Below, piece after piece: positions 11,032-21,929 of a stretch of 64,000 nucleotides of DNA (the first letter of the stretch is position 1; the number at the start of each line of letters is the position of its first letter). The DNA is taken from contig CBDBHR010000029.1 of NCBI GenBank assembly GCA_965205865.1, positions 64,001 to 128,000 on the forward strand, given 5' to 3'. The DNA comes from a bacterium (GTDB lineage Bacteria; SAR324; NAC60-12). The position numbers and the translations under genes were made by a program. A model generated the notes under the pieces. The model saw only the letters and a list, made by a program, of their open reading frames with translations. It made no database searches and had not been told where the DNA came from.

Positions 11032-11595
11032 GTGCGCCAGGAAAGCTGGCAAGAAATAGAGAGTGAAAGTCTCTTACTCGGTAAGGCAGTAACGACCCGC
11101 CGAGTCCCCGAGTCATGAGTGGTTATTCGCAAGGATAGGCGCTAAGCGTTGACAGGGGAGAACACAGGCTCGGTATTGAGCTCCGAAATCATAGTTTCAG
11201 GCGCTGACCTTGTGGTCTGGTGGGGAAGGCCATATCAACCGAAGGCGTTAGCGTGAGTCTCGGCTGAGCCTGGCGGAGTCAAAGACCCGGCGCAGGTGTG
11301 GAAGTTTCTTGATCGGAACCTGGGAGATCCTGAAGACGACTGTCAACATTCTATTGGTAGTCAGATCGGGAAAATTAATAAATAACCCCGATATCTACGT
11401 CTTCAGGAAGTCGGACAAGTTCGTAGTAGCGATGAAGCGGCGAACAATGAGATCATTTTCAGAGAGTAACAATGCAAAGGAAATCAACGGAGCCTGTGGA
11501 GCAAAGGGACTTGGCTGAGAGGAATTCTGCTTGCCCTCCCGTATTCGGAACTCAGAGGCCGGTAAAATCAGAGAGCGGTTTAAGCAGGGTGCGCC
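11032..11595 (+). ncRNA. Group II intron 5' fragment (domains I-III, truncated at the IEP start)
   Basis: Starts GTGCG. Conserved motifs GAAGCGTTGACAGGG-like, GGTATTGAGC, GGAACCTGGGAGATC, AAGTCGGAC..GTAGTAGC..GAAG and GGAGCAAAGGG; helix CCTGAAGACG/CGTCTTCAGG. Confidence 0.82.
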
Positions 11596-11880
11596 AAACG
11601 GCGGCTTCTATTTCGTTTGAAACTCGTATATCCTGATAATTTGGTTTGTCCGATCTCAGTATCACGTCGTTTCTGAAGCGAAATATTCGTTTGCAGAGCA
11701 GTTTTCCCTCGAAGGCGACTACCGCCACCCGGCCGTCCACCTGGTCAATACTGCGGTCGACGATTAAAATGTCATCTGGGAGAATGAGAGGCGCCATTGC
11801 GTTGCCGGAAATCTTGAAAAAGAAAGCGGATGCCTTGTTTTTGATGAAACGCTCATCGAGCGATGAGACTCAATCCACTT
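11596..11880 (-). pseudogene. umuD: UmuD/LexA S24 peptidase fragment
   Basis: SLDERFIKNKASAFFFKISGNAM..DDILIVDRS..LLCKR; both ends are disrupted. Confidence 0.72.
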
Positions 11881-11959
11881 AGAAGTAGTGCTCAGAACCA
11901 TTTTGTTGTGTTAAGATGAATAAAAAATCCATCACTCTATGATCAAATGGCTTTAAAAA

Positions 11960-13381
11960 GTGCAACAATATACTTTATTTCCTGACGATACGTTTGTTCC
12001 TGACTCCCCGAACGGTGGGTTGACCTGTGAACGAGCAGGTCTGCATCAACGATTTACAGACCGAGTATCGGTGAATCCGTATTTGACCCGAAAACTTGTG
12101 TCCTATCAGGGTAATAAAGAATCTGTGGGATTTCGCTGGATGAAGTACAAAGAGGGATTTTCCACCGCGCTCGTCCGACAGCTTATCAAGTCGGGAAAAG
12201 GGACACAAGTCCTTGACCCCTTTTCAGGAATTGGTACAACAGCTCTGACAGCGATGGGTATGGGGCTGCAGGGAACTGGCATAGAGATTTTACCCTTGGG
12301 CAATATGGTTGCGCACGCCGTCTCATATGCTGCAAATGGGCTGTCTGTTCAAGAGTTTTGCTGCGTTTCTCAAGCCTTGCTTCATGCAATTACTCATCAT
12401 GACTATGATGACCAATATGCGCTTAAACATGTTCGGATAACAAAAGAGGCTTTCCCCTATCGCACTGGATGCGAAATTGCTAAGGCTAGGAAATTCATAG
12501 CCCAGGTGGCCGACCCAGGTCTTTCAATGATGTTAAACCTTGCCTGTCTGAGTGTTCTGGAAGACGTCAGCTATACCCGGAAAGACGGACAGTTCTTGCG
12601 GTGGGACCCTCGTTCTGGAAGAACCGTTTCAACAAAGCTTGACAAGGGACAGGTTCCGTCTCTTTCGGCAGCCCTTACTGTTCGGCTTCGACAGATTACA
12701 CAAGACTTGCCCCTATTGAAAAAGGCTTATGCCGGCCCAAAACCGACTTTAATTGCTGGCTCTAGTTTGACGGAGTTGCAAAATCTGAATGAAGGTCAGT
12801 TTGATTGTGTCGTCACCTCTCCCCCGTATGCGAATCGGTATGATTACACAAGGACGTATGCGCTCGAACTGGTTTATCTCGGCTACAATGATTTACAGAT
12901 CAAAAACTTACGACAAGCACTTCTCTCAGCAACTGTAGAGAACCGTTCAAAAAAGGCATCACTCCGTGCTACATATCAGAATGCTCAGGATCTTGAGCAT
13001 GCATTTCACATGGTTGATGAACAAGCCGCATTGCAGGAAGTCCTTTCCGTGTTGCGAAATCACGCTTCGGAACTGAGTAATCGTAATGTTGTTTCTCTGT
13101 TAGAGAACTACTTTACTGAAATGGCCGTAATCGTGAAGGAACTTGGACGCGTTGTGAGAGCAGGGGGCAATGTGTTTATGGTAAATGACAATGTGCAATA
13201 TCATGGGGAAGAAGTGCCTGTCGATCTTATTTTGTCGGACTTTGCCGAACAGTCCGGATTCCGGTGCGCTGCGATTTGGATGCTGAAGCAGGGCAAAGGA
13301 AATTCCAGCCAGCAGATGGGGAAATTCGGTCGGCGTGAGATCAGGAAATGTGTATATCGGTGGGTCAAGACCAATGGTTGA
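11960..13381 (+). CDS. Site-specific DNA methyltransferase (N4-C/N6-A)
   Basis: LDPFSGIGTT and TSPPY motifs. Confidence 0.9.
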   Translation: MQQYTLFPDDTFVPDSPNGGLTCERAGLHQRFTDRVSVNPYLTRKLVSYQGNKESVGFRWMKYKEGFSTALVRQLIKSGKGTQVLDPFSGIGTTALTAMGMGLQGTGIEILPLGNMVAHAVSYAANGLSVQEFCCVSQALLHAITHHDYDDQYALKHVRITKEAFPYRTGCEIAKARKFIAQVADPGLSMMLNLACLSVLEDVSYTRKDGQFLRWDPRSGRTVSTKLDKGQVPSLSAALTVRLRQITQDLPLLKKAYAGPKPTLIAGSSLTELQNLNEGQFDCVVTSPPYANRYDYTRTYALELVYLGYNDLQIKNLRQALLSATVENRSKKASLRATYQNAQDLEHAFHMVDEQAALQEVLSVLRNHASELSNRNVVSLLENYFTEMAVIVKELGRVVRAGGNVFMVNDNVQYHGEEVPVDLILSDFAEQSGFRCAAIWMLKQGKGNSSQQMGKFGRREIRKCVYRWVKTNG

Positions 13382-14330
13382 TACAAAACAAAGCAATGCT
13401 CAGGCCCGATCTTAAATCTTGTCAAAGGCACTAAAACGCCGGAATGACATTCGTATCCGTACATTGATTGAGAATTTTACTGGTGATCTGAACTACCTGA
13501 AGCTTGGGTTGAAAGATCTCGCAATCTCAGGTGAAGCGTGGGCGTGCATTCAACAATTGGAGGTGGAGCCGAGAATGGTATTTGCCCACCCTGACTTACT
13601 ACAACGACATCCCGATACCTCACTCTATTATCGTGGAATTGCTACATTGTCCCTAAAACGAGTAAGCGACATGGTGACGAATGTAGACAGTTGGGAAAAT
13701 CCGAAAAGAAATAAACAGCGAACACCGAAACGAAATACTGTCCTCAGAATCACACGGCTATACAATGCTGTGATTTCTTCCATCATCGAAGGAACGGATA
13801 AATGGACTCTGGAAAATGGCTACCGCAACATCCTGGCGACCATTGGCATCACCCAAGACGGAAAAATGCGGAATATCATTGGACAGGAAGCAGAGCGTGC
13901 GATTCAAGAGAAGCTGTTCCAATGGATTGTAGACATGAGGATCCCCTGTGAGCAACAAGGACGGTGGTACCTACTTGGCGAGGCAAAAACCATTCGTATG
14001 GCCTATGGCTCTGAACCAGATATTCTGTTTGAAAAATACAACATGCAGACTAAAACCTGGATACAGGAAGTGACCATTGAAATTAAAGGCGGAACGGACC
14101 CGGCTGGAGCTTTGGAACGATTAGGCGCAATTAAAAAGAGTTTTGATCAAACTCACGCGCGAACAGAAAACATTGCCATACTGGGTGTGGTTACCAACGC
14201 AATGCGAGCAGAGTTGAATGAAATGAAAATTACGGATTTCGACCTGTATGACCTTATACATTCCAAGGAAGGATGGGACGAGTTTATAAAAGAGTTATTC
14301 TATCATAAACTACGGCTACTCTCCTCCTAG
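13374..14330 (+). pseudogene. XcyI-family Type II restriction endonuclease with premature TAA at codon 14
   Basis: ATG at 13374 overlaps the MTase stop; in-frame TAA at 13413-13415; SEPD..IEIKGGTDPAGALERLG. Confidence 0.7.
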
Positions 14331-14334
14331 AAAT

Positions 14335-14701
14335 GGGGTCAGGCTTGCAAGTTTGTAAAAATGTGTATTCTTTAAATTTAACCATTTTCAATTTGCCAAG
14401 ATGTCTCGAAAAACCCGTTTGTACGACCCCGGTACGCTTTATCATGTGATACTTCGAGGCAATGGGGGCCAACTTATTTTTTTCGATGACAGCGACTTTC
14501 GTCGCTTTTATCAGTCTTCGATTGGAAATCCGCAACAATCCGGGAAGTGGTAAATGCTCTCAATCGAGATGATTCTACTTTCAGTCGTGGAGTGCATAAA
14601 TTGAGAGAAAGATTGAAGGAATCCACAAATCTCCAAGAGCGGTTAAAAGAACTCCACCTGAAAATGTTTTCTTAAATTCGCAAACTTGCAAGCCTGACCC
14701 C
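14335..14701 (+). mobile_element. RAYT-derived non-autonomous element, copy 2
   Basis: Near-identical to 7545-7911; right end partly duplicated (CTGACCCCTTCA twice). Confidence 0.85.
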
Positions 14702-14717
14702 TTCACTGACCCCTTCA

Positions 14718-15105
14718 CATACGGCAACCAATCCGATACCAAAGAAGGGCATGCTGTTTTCGAGCAAACTGCTCTGAAATATCCAAGCTTGAGAGCTTTT
14801 CCCGCTGACCAAGGAAATTGTGGTACCTTGCTGGAGTTTGTCGAAAAGGTATTGGGACTGAAACTCGACATCGCCAAAGGCACCAAGGGCCAGTGGTTGC
14901 TCTTGAAAAAACGGTGGATTGTGGAGCGCACCTTCGCTTTGTTCGGGGGATTCAGAAGATTAGCCAAAGATTTTGAAATCCTCCCAAAATATAATCTGGT
15001 CGATCGTGTGGGAACCCTCACAAACACTGCTGAAAATATGATTTGTATTGCCATGATCAAAGTTACCCTGGCCAAGTGTCTTATATAACCAAACGAGTTC
15101 TTAGG
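14718..15105 (+). mobile_element. IS5-family transposase C-terminal fragment
   Basis: ADQG..KRWIVERTFA..RRLAKDFE. Confidence 0.8.
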
Positions 15106-15249
15106 ATATTGGACAACCCGTTGCTTTAATTGACATTTTCCAATACTTTGATATCTTATTTTAAAGCTCGTTATCTTGCTTAAATAACCGGTTGAACCTC
15201 CAGAATACCCGGAGCAGTGTTTCTCTGCACTTGCTGATACTGAAAATAT

Positions 15250-17181
15250 ATGAAGCACTTAGACGACTTCCCTAAATACGACGAAAATCGTAGAATTCAA
15301 GAACTATCAGAATCGGCATTCCATTCGGCAGTAACCGAATGTGACGCATTCTTTATTCAAAAGGAAGACAAGAAAGACTATGGAACCGACTTCCAAATCG
15401 AAGTGCGCGATGACAGAGCAGCGACGAACATAAGAGTGCATGTGCAACTGAAAGGCACCAAATGCGAAGAGAACTCGGACGGTAGCGTCAGCAGGGATGT
15501 TTCCAGATCGACCTTGAATTACCTGGCGATGCAACCCGATTCGATTTTTGTTTGCTATCATATTCCTTCAAATCGTTTACTTGTTCGCCAGGTGGATAGT
15601 GTGATCCGGGAATATGAGCGTATCCATTTGCGGTCACTTCAACGAAAAAAAAATTGGAGCACCCAAAAAACAATTACAGTCAAATTTATTGACGACTTTG
15701 ATAAGACATATCAAAACACCCTGAAAGCGCACGCCGTAGCTTCCGCAAAAGCAGCGAGAGATCATCGCTTGTCATGTACTATTCAGCCTCCTGGGGTGTA
15801 TGTATCTGCAGACCCGCAACAGGAGAAGGAACGGCTGATCGCTCTTTATAACTGCGGGGAAGATAAAAGCATCAGTCAATCCTTCGAAATTTTTCGCGCA
15901 GTTCTCGGCGCCGCGCCCGAAGACCTGATTCACGCATACATGGCCGAAATCAACTTGGGCATTAACGGTGTGGCATGCGATAAATCCCGCATTGAAGAAG
16001 GTATCAAAGTGCTTGAGAGTGCAGTCAACAACGGCAACTATGATCCTGGATTATTGCTTTATTCCATTGGCAACGGGTGGTTGGCCGTTAGAAATTATGA
16101 AAAAGCAAAGGAAGCGTACAATTCGGCTCTGAGATCATTGGAACATGGAGGTCCCTCAGTAGTCGCTCAATGTTATAAGAATCTGGGGACCACTATGAAA
16201 AATTTGGGAAAGGAAAATGAGGCTTTCAAACTCTATGAAAAGGCATTGGAATATGATCCAAATCTGGGTGAGGCTCATTTTGCTCTGGCAGTTTGGCACT
16301 GTGATCGCAATAGCGAACTGGACCGTGCATTGTATCATTTGGATAAGATAGTCTGGCACGAAGGCTCTGCCGGAACTGCCGCATCAGTACAAGGCTGGCG
16401 TGCGTATATATTTTTTAATACTGGAGACATCAAGTCCGCATTTCGTGAGATTAATACCCTGTTGAGTGAAGTAGACAATTTTGATTGGATATGGACATGG
16501 TGCGAACGACTAGTCAGAATACATGGCAGAACATCGCTTGATGCCGCGCAAAAGGCGCTCCAGTTCTGGGATAAATACCTCAGTAAGTTTCCTGAAAATC
16601 TGAAGGCCAAAACCGAGAGGTTGCTTTGCATTTGGTACATTAAGTCGAACGGAGGTTCAGTTGCGCACGATTTTGAAAGTTTTAAAAAGGATATCGCCAA
16701 CGTCGTTTCCCAAGGTGCCCCGGAACCTGCATTTCTTTGGGATCGCACTGGTCATTGGGCGCAAGATGAAAAGAACTGGGTCGAGGCAGAAAAATGTTAC
16801 CGAAAGGCATTTGAGTTGTCACCGTCGGAGTATGGATATTGTTTGGGAACCGCATTGAATTTTCTGGGCAGATATGAAGAAGCGCTGCCTATACTCACTG
16901 AACAGGCAGAAGAACATATACCAGATGAAAAGAGTTGGTTCCAGGTCGCTGTTGCCAGAAAAGGAATGAACGATGTCGAAGGCTCCATATCAGCTTACAA
17001 ACGTGCCATACAATTGGACGAAAATTACGATCTTGCTTGGTTCGATTTGGGTGGCATCTATTGGAATTCTCAAAATTGGGAACTCGCAATAGCTATATGG
17101 AAAGAAGCGATCCGACGCTTTCCATCACATGAGTTATCATCGAAGTTGTTCCAGGACTTGCCGTCCCTGTTTAAACAATGA
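15250..17181 (+). CDS. DUF4365 (PD-(D/E)XK-like) plus TPR-repeat protein
   Basis: DYGTDFQIE..VQLKGT at the N-terminus, followed by multiple TPRs. Confidence 0.8.
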   Translation: MKHLDDFPKYDENRRIQELSESAFHSAVTECDAFFIQKEDKKDYGTDFQIEVRDDRAATNIRVHVQLKGTKCEENSDGSVSRDVSRSTLNYLAMQPDSIFVCYHIPSNRLLVRQVDSVIREYERIHLRSLQRKKNWSTQKTITVKFIDDFDKTYQNTLKAHAVASAKAARDHRLSCTIQPPGVYVSADPQQEKERLIALYNCGEDKSISQSFEIFRAVLGAAPEDLIHAYMAEINLGINGVACDKSRIEEGIKVLESAVNNGNYDPGLLLYSIGNGWLAVRNYEKAKEAYNSALRSLEHGGPSVVAQCYKNLGTTMKNLGKENEAFKLYEKALEYDPNLGEAHFALAVWHCDRNSELDRALYHLDKIVWHEGSAGTAASVQGWRAYIFFNTGDIKSAFREINTLLSEVDNFDWIWTWCERLVRIHGRTSLDAAQKALQFWDKYLSKFPENLKAKTERLLCIWYIKSNGGSVAHDFESFKKDIANVVSQGAPEPAFLWDRTGHWAQDEKNWVEAEKCYRKAFELSPSEYGYCLGTALNFLGRYEEALPILTEQAEEHIPDEKSWFQVAVARKGMNDVEGSISAYKRAIQLDENYDLAWFDLGGIYWNSQNWELAIAIWKEAIRRFPSHELSSKLFQDLPSLFKQ

Positions 17182-17220
17182 GTCAGGAAGATTTTCAAAT
17201 GGACTGTTCATACTTCGAGA

Positions 17221-17499
17221 ATGATTATCAGTTTTCACCATAAAGGTCTCGAATTGCTCTATGAGAAAGGAATTCGACGGCGCGTACCGCAGGAAGTTAT
17301 CGAAAAAATCGAGCGTATATTAGCCCGCCTCGACGTAGCGTCAAAACCGGCGGACATGAAACTGCCAAGCTTTAGCCTTCATCCCTTGAAAGGCGATCTT
17401 GCAAATTACTGGGCGGTCAACGTCTCCGTGAACCTGCGCCTCGTCTTCCGCTTCGAAGGGACTAATGCTTGTGACGTTGACTTGCTTGACTATCACTAG
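17221..17499 (+). CDS. higB: HigB toxin (RelE/ParE superfamily)
   Basis: MIISFHHKGL..LHPLKGD..WAVNVSVNLRLVFRF..DYH. Confidence 0.9.
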   Translation: MIISFHHKGLELLYEKGIRRRVPQEVIEKIERILARLDVASKPADMKLPSFSLHPLKGDLANYWAVNVSVNLRLVFRFEGTNACDVDLLDYH

Positions 17500-17511
17500 G
17501 AGGAATGAAAA

Positions 17512-17748
17512 ATGCCAATGAAACATCCACCCCATCCGGGCCTGTCCATCCAACACGATTGCCTGGAACCCCTTGGGCTCAGCGTATCCGAAGCTGCAAG
17601 AAAACTCGACGTCAGCCAGGAGCAGCTATCCGATATCCTGAATGGTTACTGCGGAATTTCTCTCGATATGGCAGTCCGTCTCAATAAAGTATTCGGTGGA
17701 GGCGTCACTACCTGGCAGCGCCTGCAATTGGCCTACGATCGCAGCTAG
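17512..17748 (+). CDS. higA: HigA antitoxin (possibly C-terminally truncated)
   Basis: PPHPG..LSVSEAARKL..ISLDMAVRL..WQRLQLAYD. Confidence 0.88.
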   Translation: MPMKHPPHPGLSIQHDCLEPLGLSVSEAARKLDVSQEQLSDILNGYCGISLDMAVRLNKVFGGGVTTWQRLQLAYDRS

Positions 17749-17769
17749 ACGATGCAGGATGCCACAGAA

Positions 17770-17867
17770 GGGGGTCAGGCCTTTGATTAAATGAAAAGGG
17801 AGCAAAAAAATTAGACTCGTTCCTAATCAAATAATCAAAAGCCTGACCCCCTTCAAAGCCTGACCCC
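17770..17867. repeat. Short GGGGTCAGGC inverted-repeat element with duplicated right end
   Basis: GGGGTCAGGCCTTTGATTA..TAATCAAAAGCCTGACCCC, plus a second AAAGCCTGACCCC. Confidence 0.75.
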
Positions 17868-18079
17868 CTTCCAGTGAAATTCGTAAGGATAAGATCCCTC
17901 TGAAGTTTTTAGGTGGTAAGTTTCGGGCTCATGCTTGAGAGTTTGAGGGAAGCGGTAATTGAGAAGGATGATTGATGATAGGGGATTAAGAGGGTTCATC
18001 CATCGAGGACACGATTCAATCCCGGAACCGTCAAGATAACCTGGAAACCCTTCCAGACTCAAATCTTTGCTAAAAACTC

Positions 18080-18100
18080 CAAACTTACAAGCTTGACCCC
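18080..18100. repeat. Orphan right TIR of the RAYT-derived family
   Basis: CAAACTTACAAGCTTGACCCC, 2 mismatches to the consensus. Confidence 0.65.
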
Positions 18101-18205
18101 CTTTTTTGATAAGCCTGGAGCCTGAGCTCAGTGACGGGAAGTCCTTGACAGTCACCGTTCAGTTCGTTAATGAAAAGAGTATGATGTCATACAACAGGAG
18201 GCAAG

Positions 18206-19066
18206 ATGGTGAATAAAGCATCGAATCCCTCATCCGGCAACTTTGGTGGACAGTGGACAATCGACAAGTTGAACATACTGGAAGAGTACTTGAACTTCTA
18301 TACCACTGCGCTGAAGAGCCAGTTGTTCAAATTGTTGTACATTGACGCCTTCGCCGGCACTGGTGAGGTTAACCCGCGTCACGAAGACGAAGACGCGCGG
18401 GCCTTTATCGAGGGATCAGCAAGACGAGCGACAAGGATTACCGATAAGCCCTTCGACCGCTTGATCTTTGTAGAGAAGGATCCTCAACGATTTGTTTGTC
18501 TACAATCCTTGCGCAAAGAGAATCCCAGTAGGGACATACGGACAAAAAACGCCGATGCTAACTCTTTCTTGAAAAATCTGCAGGAAGACTGGTTGTCATG
18601 GCGGGGCGTACTCTTTCTCGATCCATTCGCCACTGAGGTTGAGTGGGCTACGATCGAGAAAATAGCGGGATTCAACGCCCTTGACACCTGGATACTCTTT
18701 CCAGTGTCTTCGATTGGGAGAATGTTACCGAAATCGAAAAAGCCTGAAGATATTTCGGATAAGTGGGTAGATTGTCTGAACCGAATTTTTGGTGATCGAA
18801 GCTGGGAAAAGCTATATTCCCCTGACCCTCAGTTATCACTCTGGGGGGGACAACAGTATCAAAGAAAAACAGGTGTTGACGGAATCATCCAAATTTACAA
18901 AGACAAGCTGAGATGTCTGTTTGGCTCCAGATTCTTAGGGACTTCGAAGACTCTTATGAATTCAAGGAATTCTCCGTTGTTTGAGTTTATGTTCTGCGCC
19001 GGTAACCCAAGTGGAGCGAAGCTTGCCAAGGACGTAGCCAGTTATATTTTGAATTCGAGTATGTAA
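18206..19066 (+). CDS. tcmP: Three-Cys-motif partner protein TcmP
   Basis: [27 protein letters not shown]; directly upstream of DUF5131. Confidence 0.85.
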   Translation: MVNKASNPSSGNFGGQWTIDKLNILEEYLNFYTTALKSQLFKLLYIDAFAGTGEVNPRHEDEDARAFIEGSARRATRITDKPFDRLIFVEKDPQRFVCLQSLRKENPSRDIRTKNADANSFLKNLQEDWLSWRGVLFLDPFATEVEWATIEKIAGFNALDTWILFPVSSIGRMLPKSKKPEDISDKWVDCLNRIFGDRSWEKLYSPDPQLSLWGGQQYQRKTGVDGIIQIYKDKLRCLFGSRFLGTSKTLMNSRNSPLFEFMFCAGNPSGAKLAKDVASYILNSSM

Positions 19067-19068
19067 GC

Positions 19069-19821
19069 ATGGCCACACTCTCCAAAATCGAATGGACGGA
19101 GACCACTTGGAACCCCGTCACCGGTTGTACCAAGATCAGCTACGGTTGTAAGCACTGCTATGCTGAGAGGATGTCCAAGCGACTTCAGGCCATGGGCATG
19201 GAAAAGTATCGAAGAGGGTTCGAGGTCGTCGTCCATGAGTCCGTCCTTAAAGAGCCCCTGAAGTGGAAAAATCCAAGCGTCGTATTCGTGAACTCGATGA
19301 GCGACCTGTTTCACAAGGTTGTCCCCTTGAATTTCATCCAATCCGTCTTCGAGGTCATGAACCAAGCGCCGCAGCACACGTTTCAAGTCCTCACCAAGCG
19401 GCCTGGGCGGGTGATGCAGATAGACGCGCGCCTCGATTGGGGGCCAAATATCTGGTTGGGCACGAGTATCGAGTCGGAGAGGTGGCTGAATCGATTGGAA
19501 CAATTGAAGGCCACCAGCGCCTATACCAAGTTCCTCTCCCTGGAGCCATTGCTGGGACCTCTGCCTGACCTCGACCTGTCAGGCATCGACTGGGTCATCG
19601 TGGGCGGCGAATCGGGCCCGGGCGCAAGACCCATGGACGCCGACTGGGTCAGAGAAATCCGGGATAATTGCCTCGACAGTGAAGTCCCGTTTTTTTTCAA
19701 GCAGTGGGGAGGCGTGTTCAAGAAACGCACTGGCAGAACCCTCGACGGTCAGACTTGGGACAGGATGCCTCGGCCGAGGTTATCGCTTTCTTCGATAAAC
19801 CCAATTGAGGAAAATAGTTGA
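19069..19821 (+). CDS. DUF5131 / phage Gp37-Gp68 family protein
   Basis: [35 protein letters not shown] and FFKQWGG. Confidence 0.92.
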   Translation: MATLSKIEWTETTWNPVTGCTKISYGCKHCYAERMSKRLQAMGMEKYRRGFEVVVHESVLKEPLKWKNPSVVFVNSMSDLFHKVVPLNFIQSVFEVMNQAPQHTFQVLTKRPGRVMQIDARLDWGPNIWLGTSIESERWLNRLEQLKATSAYTKFLSLEPLLGPLPDLDLSGIDWVIVGGESGPGARPMDADWVREIRDNCLDSEVPFFFKQWGGVFKKRTGRTLDGQTWDRMPRPRLSLSSINPIEENS

Positions 19822-19846
19822 ACGTAAGATTAGAAAGGAATTGCAA

Positions 19847-20176
19847 ATGGAAGAAATAAAACAGCCATGAATTATTTTATCGGAACGCATTCAAAATGGC
19901 GTAGATATTTCTGTAAGAGTTGATTTGGGGAATATGGATACAGGAATAAAATCTATGGTATTGATCACAAAATCTTTATACGAAGATGATGATGACCTTG
20001 CGATTCGAAAAAAGATTTATTGTGAAATTAAGAAGGAAATTGAGAATTTGAAGGAAAAGATAAGTGAAATTCTCAAACATAAATGTCATGTGAAAGTTGA
20101 AATGGACCCCGGTGTTGATGAATATCCAATAACCATGGAAGATGTGGAAAGTATGAAAATTGAATATGAAAAATAA
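19847..20176 (+). pseudogene. AT-rich hypothetical protein with TGA at codon 8
   Basis: RBS AGGA and ATG at 19847 are in frame with ORF 19925-20176. Confidence 0.45.
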
Positions 20177-20549
20177 AAATCTCAAACAAATTTAAGGGAA
20201 CCGGACTCCGCGTGGGTGGGTCGTCTTCTCTATGGGATGCTACAATGTTTCATTTTTTTCCGGAGTTGAAAAACGTGAGGATACGAGCTGGGAACATTCA
20301 AGCATGCAAGGTGACGTTTCTATGATACATGCCAGGCCTGGAGAAAATCTCGCACCGGTTTTCGGGAGACCCTGCGATCCAAGATACTTTTTCCTTCCGC
20401 GACGACGGCGATCGCATCCAGCGGCGTAGCGTGGGTGAGAGTGAAGACGAAAATTATGAATTTGCGAACTTTACCCTCATATCAGGCAATGACTGGCGTC
20501 CTATTGTCACGTTGAGCTCCTGTAACGGCCGTAGCGACACGTTTTTTCA

Positions 20550-21104
20550 TCAGCGTTCAGAAATTGAAGAAAACAATCTATCTTGTATCATTATAAGTTC
20601 ATCCATCTTAGATGTCAGGAAAACGCGGTATTTTTCAGTAGACACAGGATGTAATTGTCCTATCTCATAATAAATAATTCTGGAAAATTCTGCTTTCTCA
20701 TCTAATTCCCACCGTTTAATATCGGAACTTATTGACGTATTTAATGATTTTAAAACCGATAGAGAAAACTTCATTTCATGAATTGACCTATCGATATTTT
20801 TGTTGCGTTCATCTTCCCATTCTGAAAAAAGCCAGAAATTTATCTCTGCAAAGGATGCAATGAGTTTCTGTAAGTGATCCACCTCAATCTGGTGTTTCAA
20901 GAATTGGACTCTGTTATGCTCCAGAAATTTCTGATGCCGCAGTGTCATTATCGCAACTATCCATGCCCCGACAGCGGCAAATGCTGACATAATAGGCGGA
21001 ATAATTAATAGTATCTCACTCGTAATCGCAACTATCCATGCCCCGACAGCGGCAAATGCTGACATAATAGGCGGAATAAATAATAGTATCTCACTCGTAG
21101 TCAT
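20550..21104 (-). CDS. Hypothetical membrane protein with a tandemly duplicated TM segment
   Basis: 184 aa; 75-bp tandem repeat at 20950-21099. Confidence 0.65.
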   Translation of the reverse strand: MTTSEILLFIPPIMSAFAAVGAWIVAITSEILLIIPPIMSAFAAVGAWIVAIMTLRHQKFLEHNRVQFLKHQIEVDHLQKLIASFAEINFWLFSEWEDERNKNIDRSIHEMKFSLSVLKSLNTSISSDIKRWELDEKAEFSRIIYYEIGQLHPVSTEKYRVFLTSKMDELIMIQDRLFSSISER

Positions 21105-21172
21105 AATTTCTCCAATAGGGTATTAGTAAGCAAGTTGAAGAAAACTTAATAAGTTTTGTTTAAATACATAGC

Positions 21173-21790
21173 TTGGGACTTCCTATTCATAGCCTTTCTG
21201 CAAACACATATTTATTGCTGAGTATGTGGGATTTCTTTGTGAACAATTTAGCAATCATCACATTTTGTATTACATTGATTTCGACTATATCTCTTTCGAT
21301 ATTGGCTGTAATTGGAGTGATCAATTTCAGGAACCGTTATGGACATCCATTGATTCATCTTGCTGGCGAAGTTTGTTGTGCAGATTTCCCACCCTCCGCA
21401 TTTGAAAAGCAAATTGGATCATCATTATTTGATGATTTTATTCGTTTTTCTCAACCCATTTCTGATAGAGAATCCCCAAAATGGTCAGTAAATAAAATCA
21501 GTATTTTCAAATCAAGTAAAAAATGGATTTCTGAACCAGGAAAAGCAGTTAGAGATCATGAAATTGTTAATGGTAGCTATAGAATGGTAGGTTATCGTCA
21601 TAAAGAATGGAAAAAAACCATTAAATATGAAATTCCTTTCGACAAAGGTATTATATTGCTCCATCCTGACTCTCCCTCGCATATCAAACTTTTATTCCAC
21701 GTTACGCTGAAGTCCAACCCCCGTGTTAAACGAAAAGTGCATGCGGAAGTTACTATTCCGGATCCTTTGGATGAACCGTGGGAAGATTAG
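21173..21790 (+). CDS. Hypothetical protein with N-terminal TM helix
   Basis: 205-aa AT-rich ORF. Confidence 0.55.
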   Translation: MGLPIHSLSANTYLLLSMWDFFVNNLAIITFCITLISTISLSILAVIGVINFRNRYGHPLIHLAGEVCCADFPPSAFEKQIGSSLFDDFIRFSQPISDRESPKWSVNKISIFKSSKKWISEPGKAVRDHEIVNGSYRMVGYRHKEWKKTIKYEIPFDKGIILLHPDSPSHIKLLFHVTLKSNPRVKRKVHAEVTIPDPLDEPWED

Positions 21791-21929
21791 GACATCGTTC
21801 TGGATATTCGAGTTTGCGGTTATCGCTTTCTTCAATAAACCCAATTATGGAATGAAATATAACAATTTTGCTCGATGTTTCTTGCGGGGCGGAGACGGAG
21901 ATGTTGTGATTTGTGAGTAGTCTTTCTGT

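Noticed and set aside
19847-21790. Integron cassette array
   Set aside because: These are AT-rich orphan genes in mixed orientation, with no convincing attC sites or integrase.
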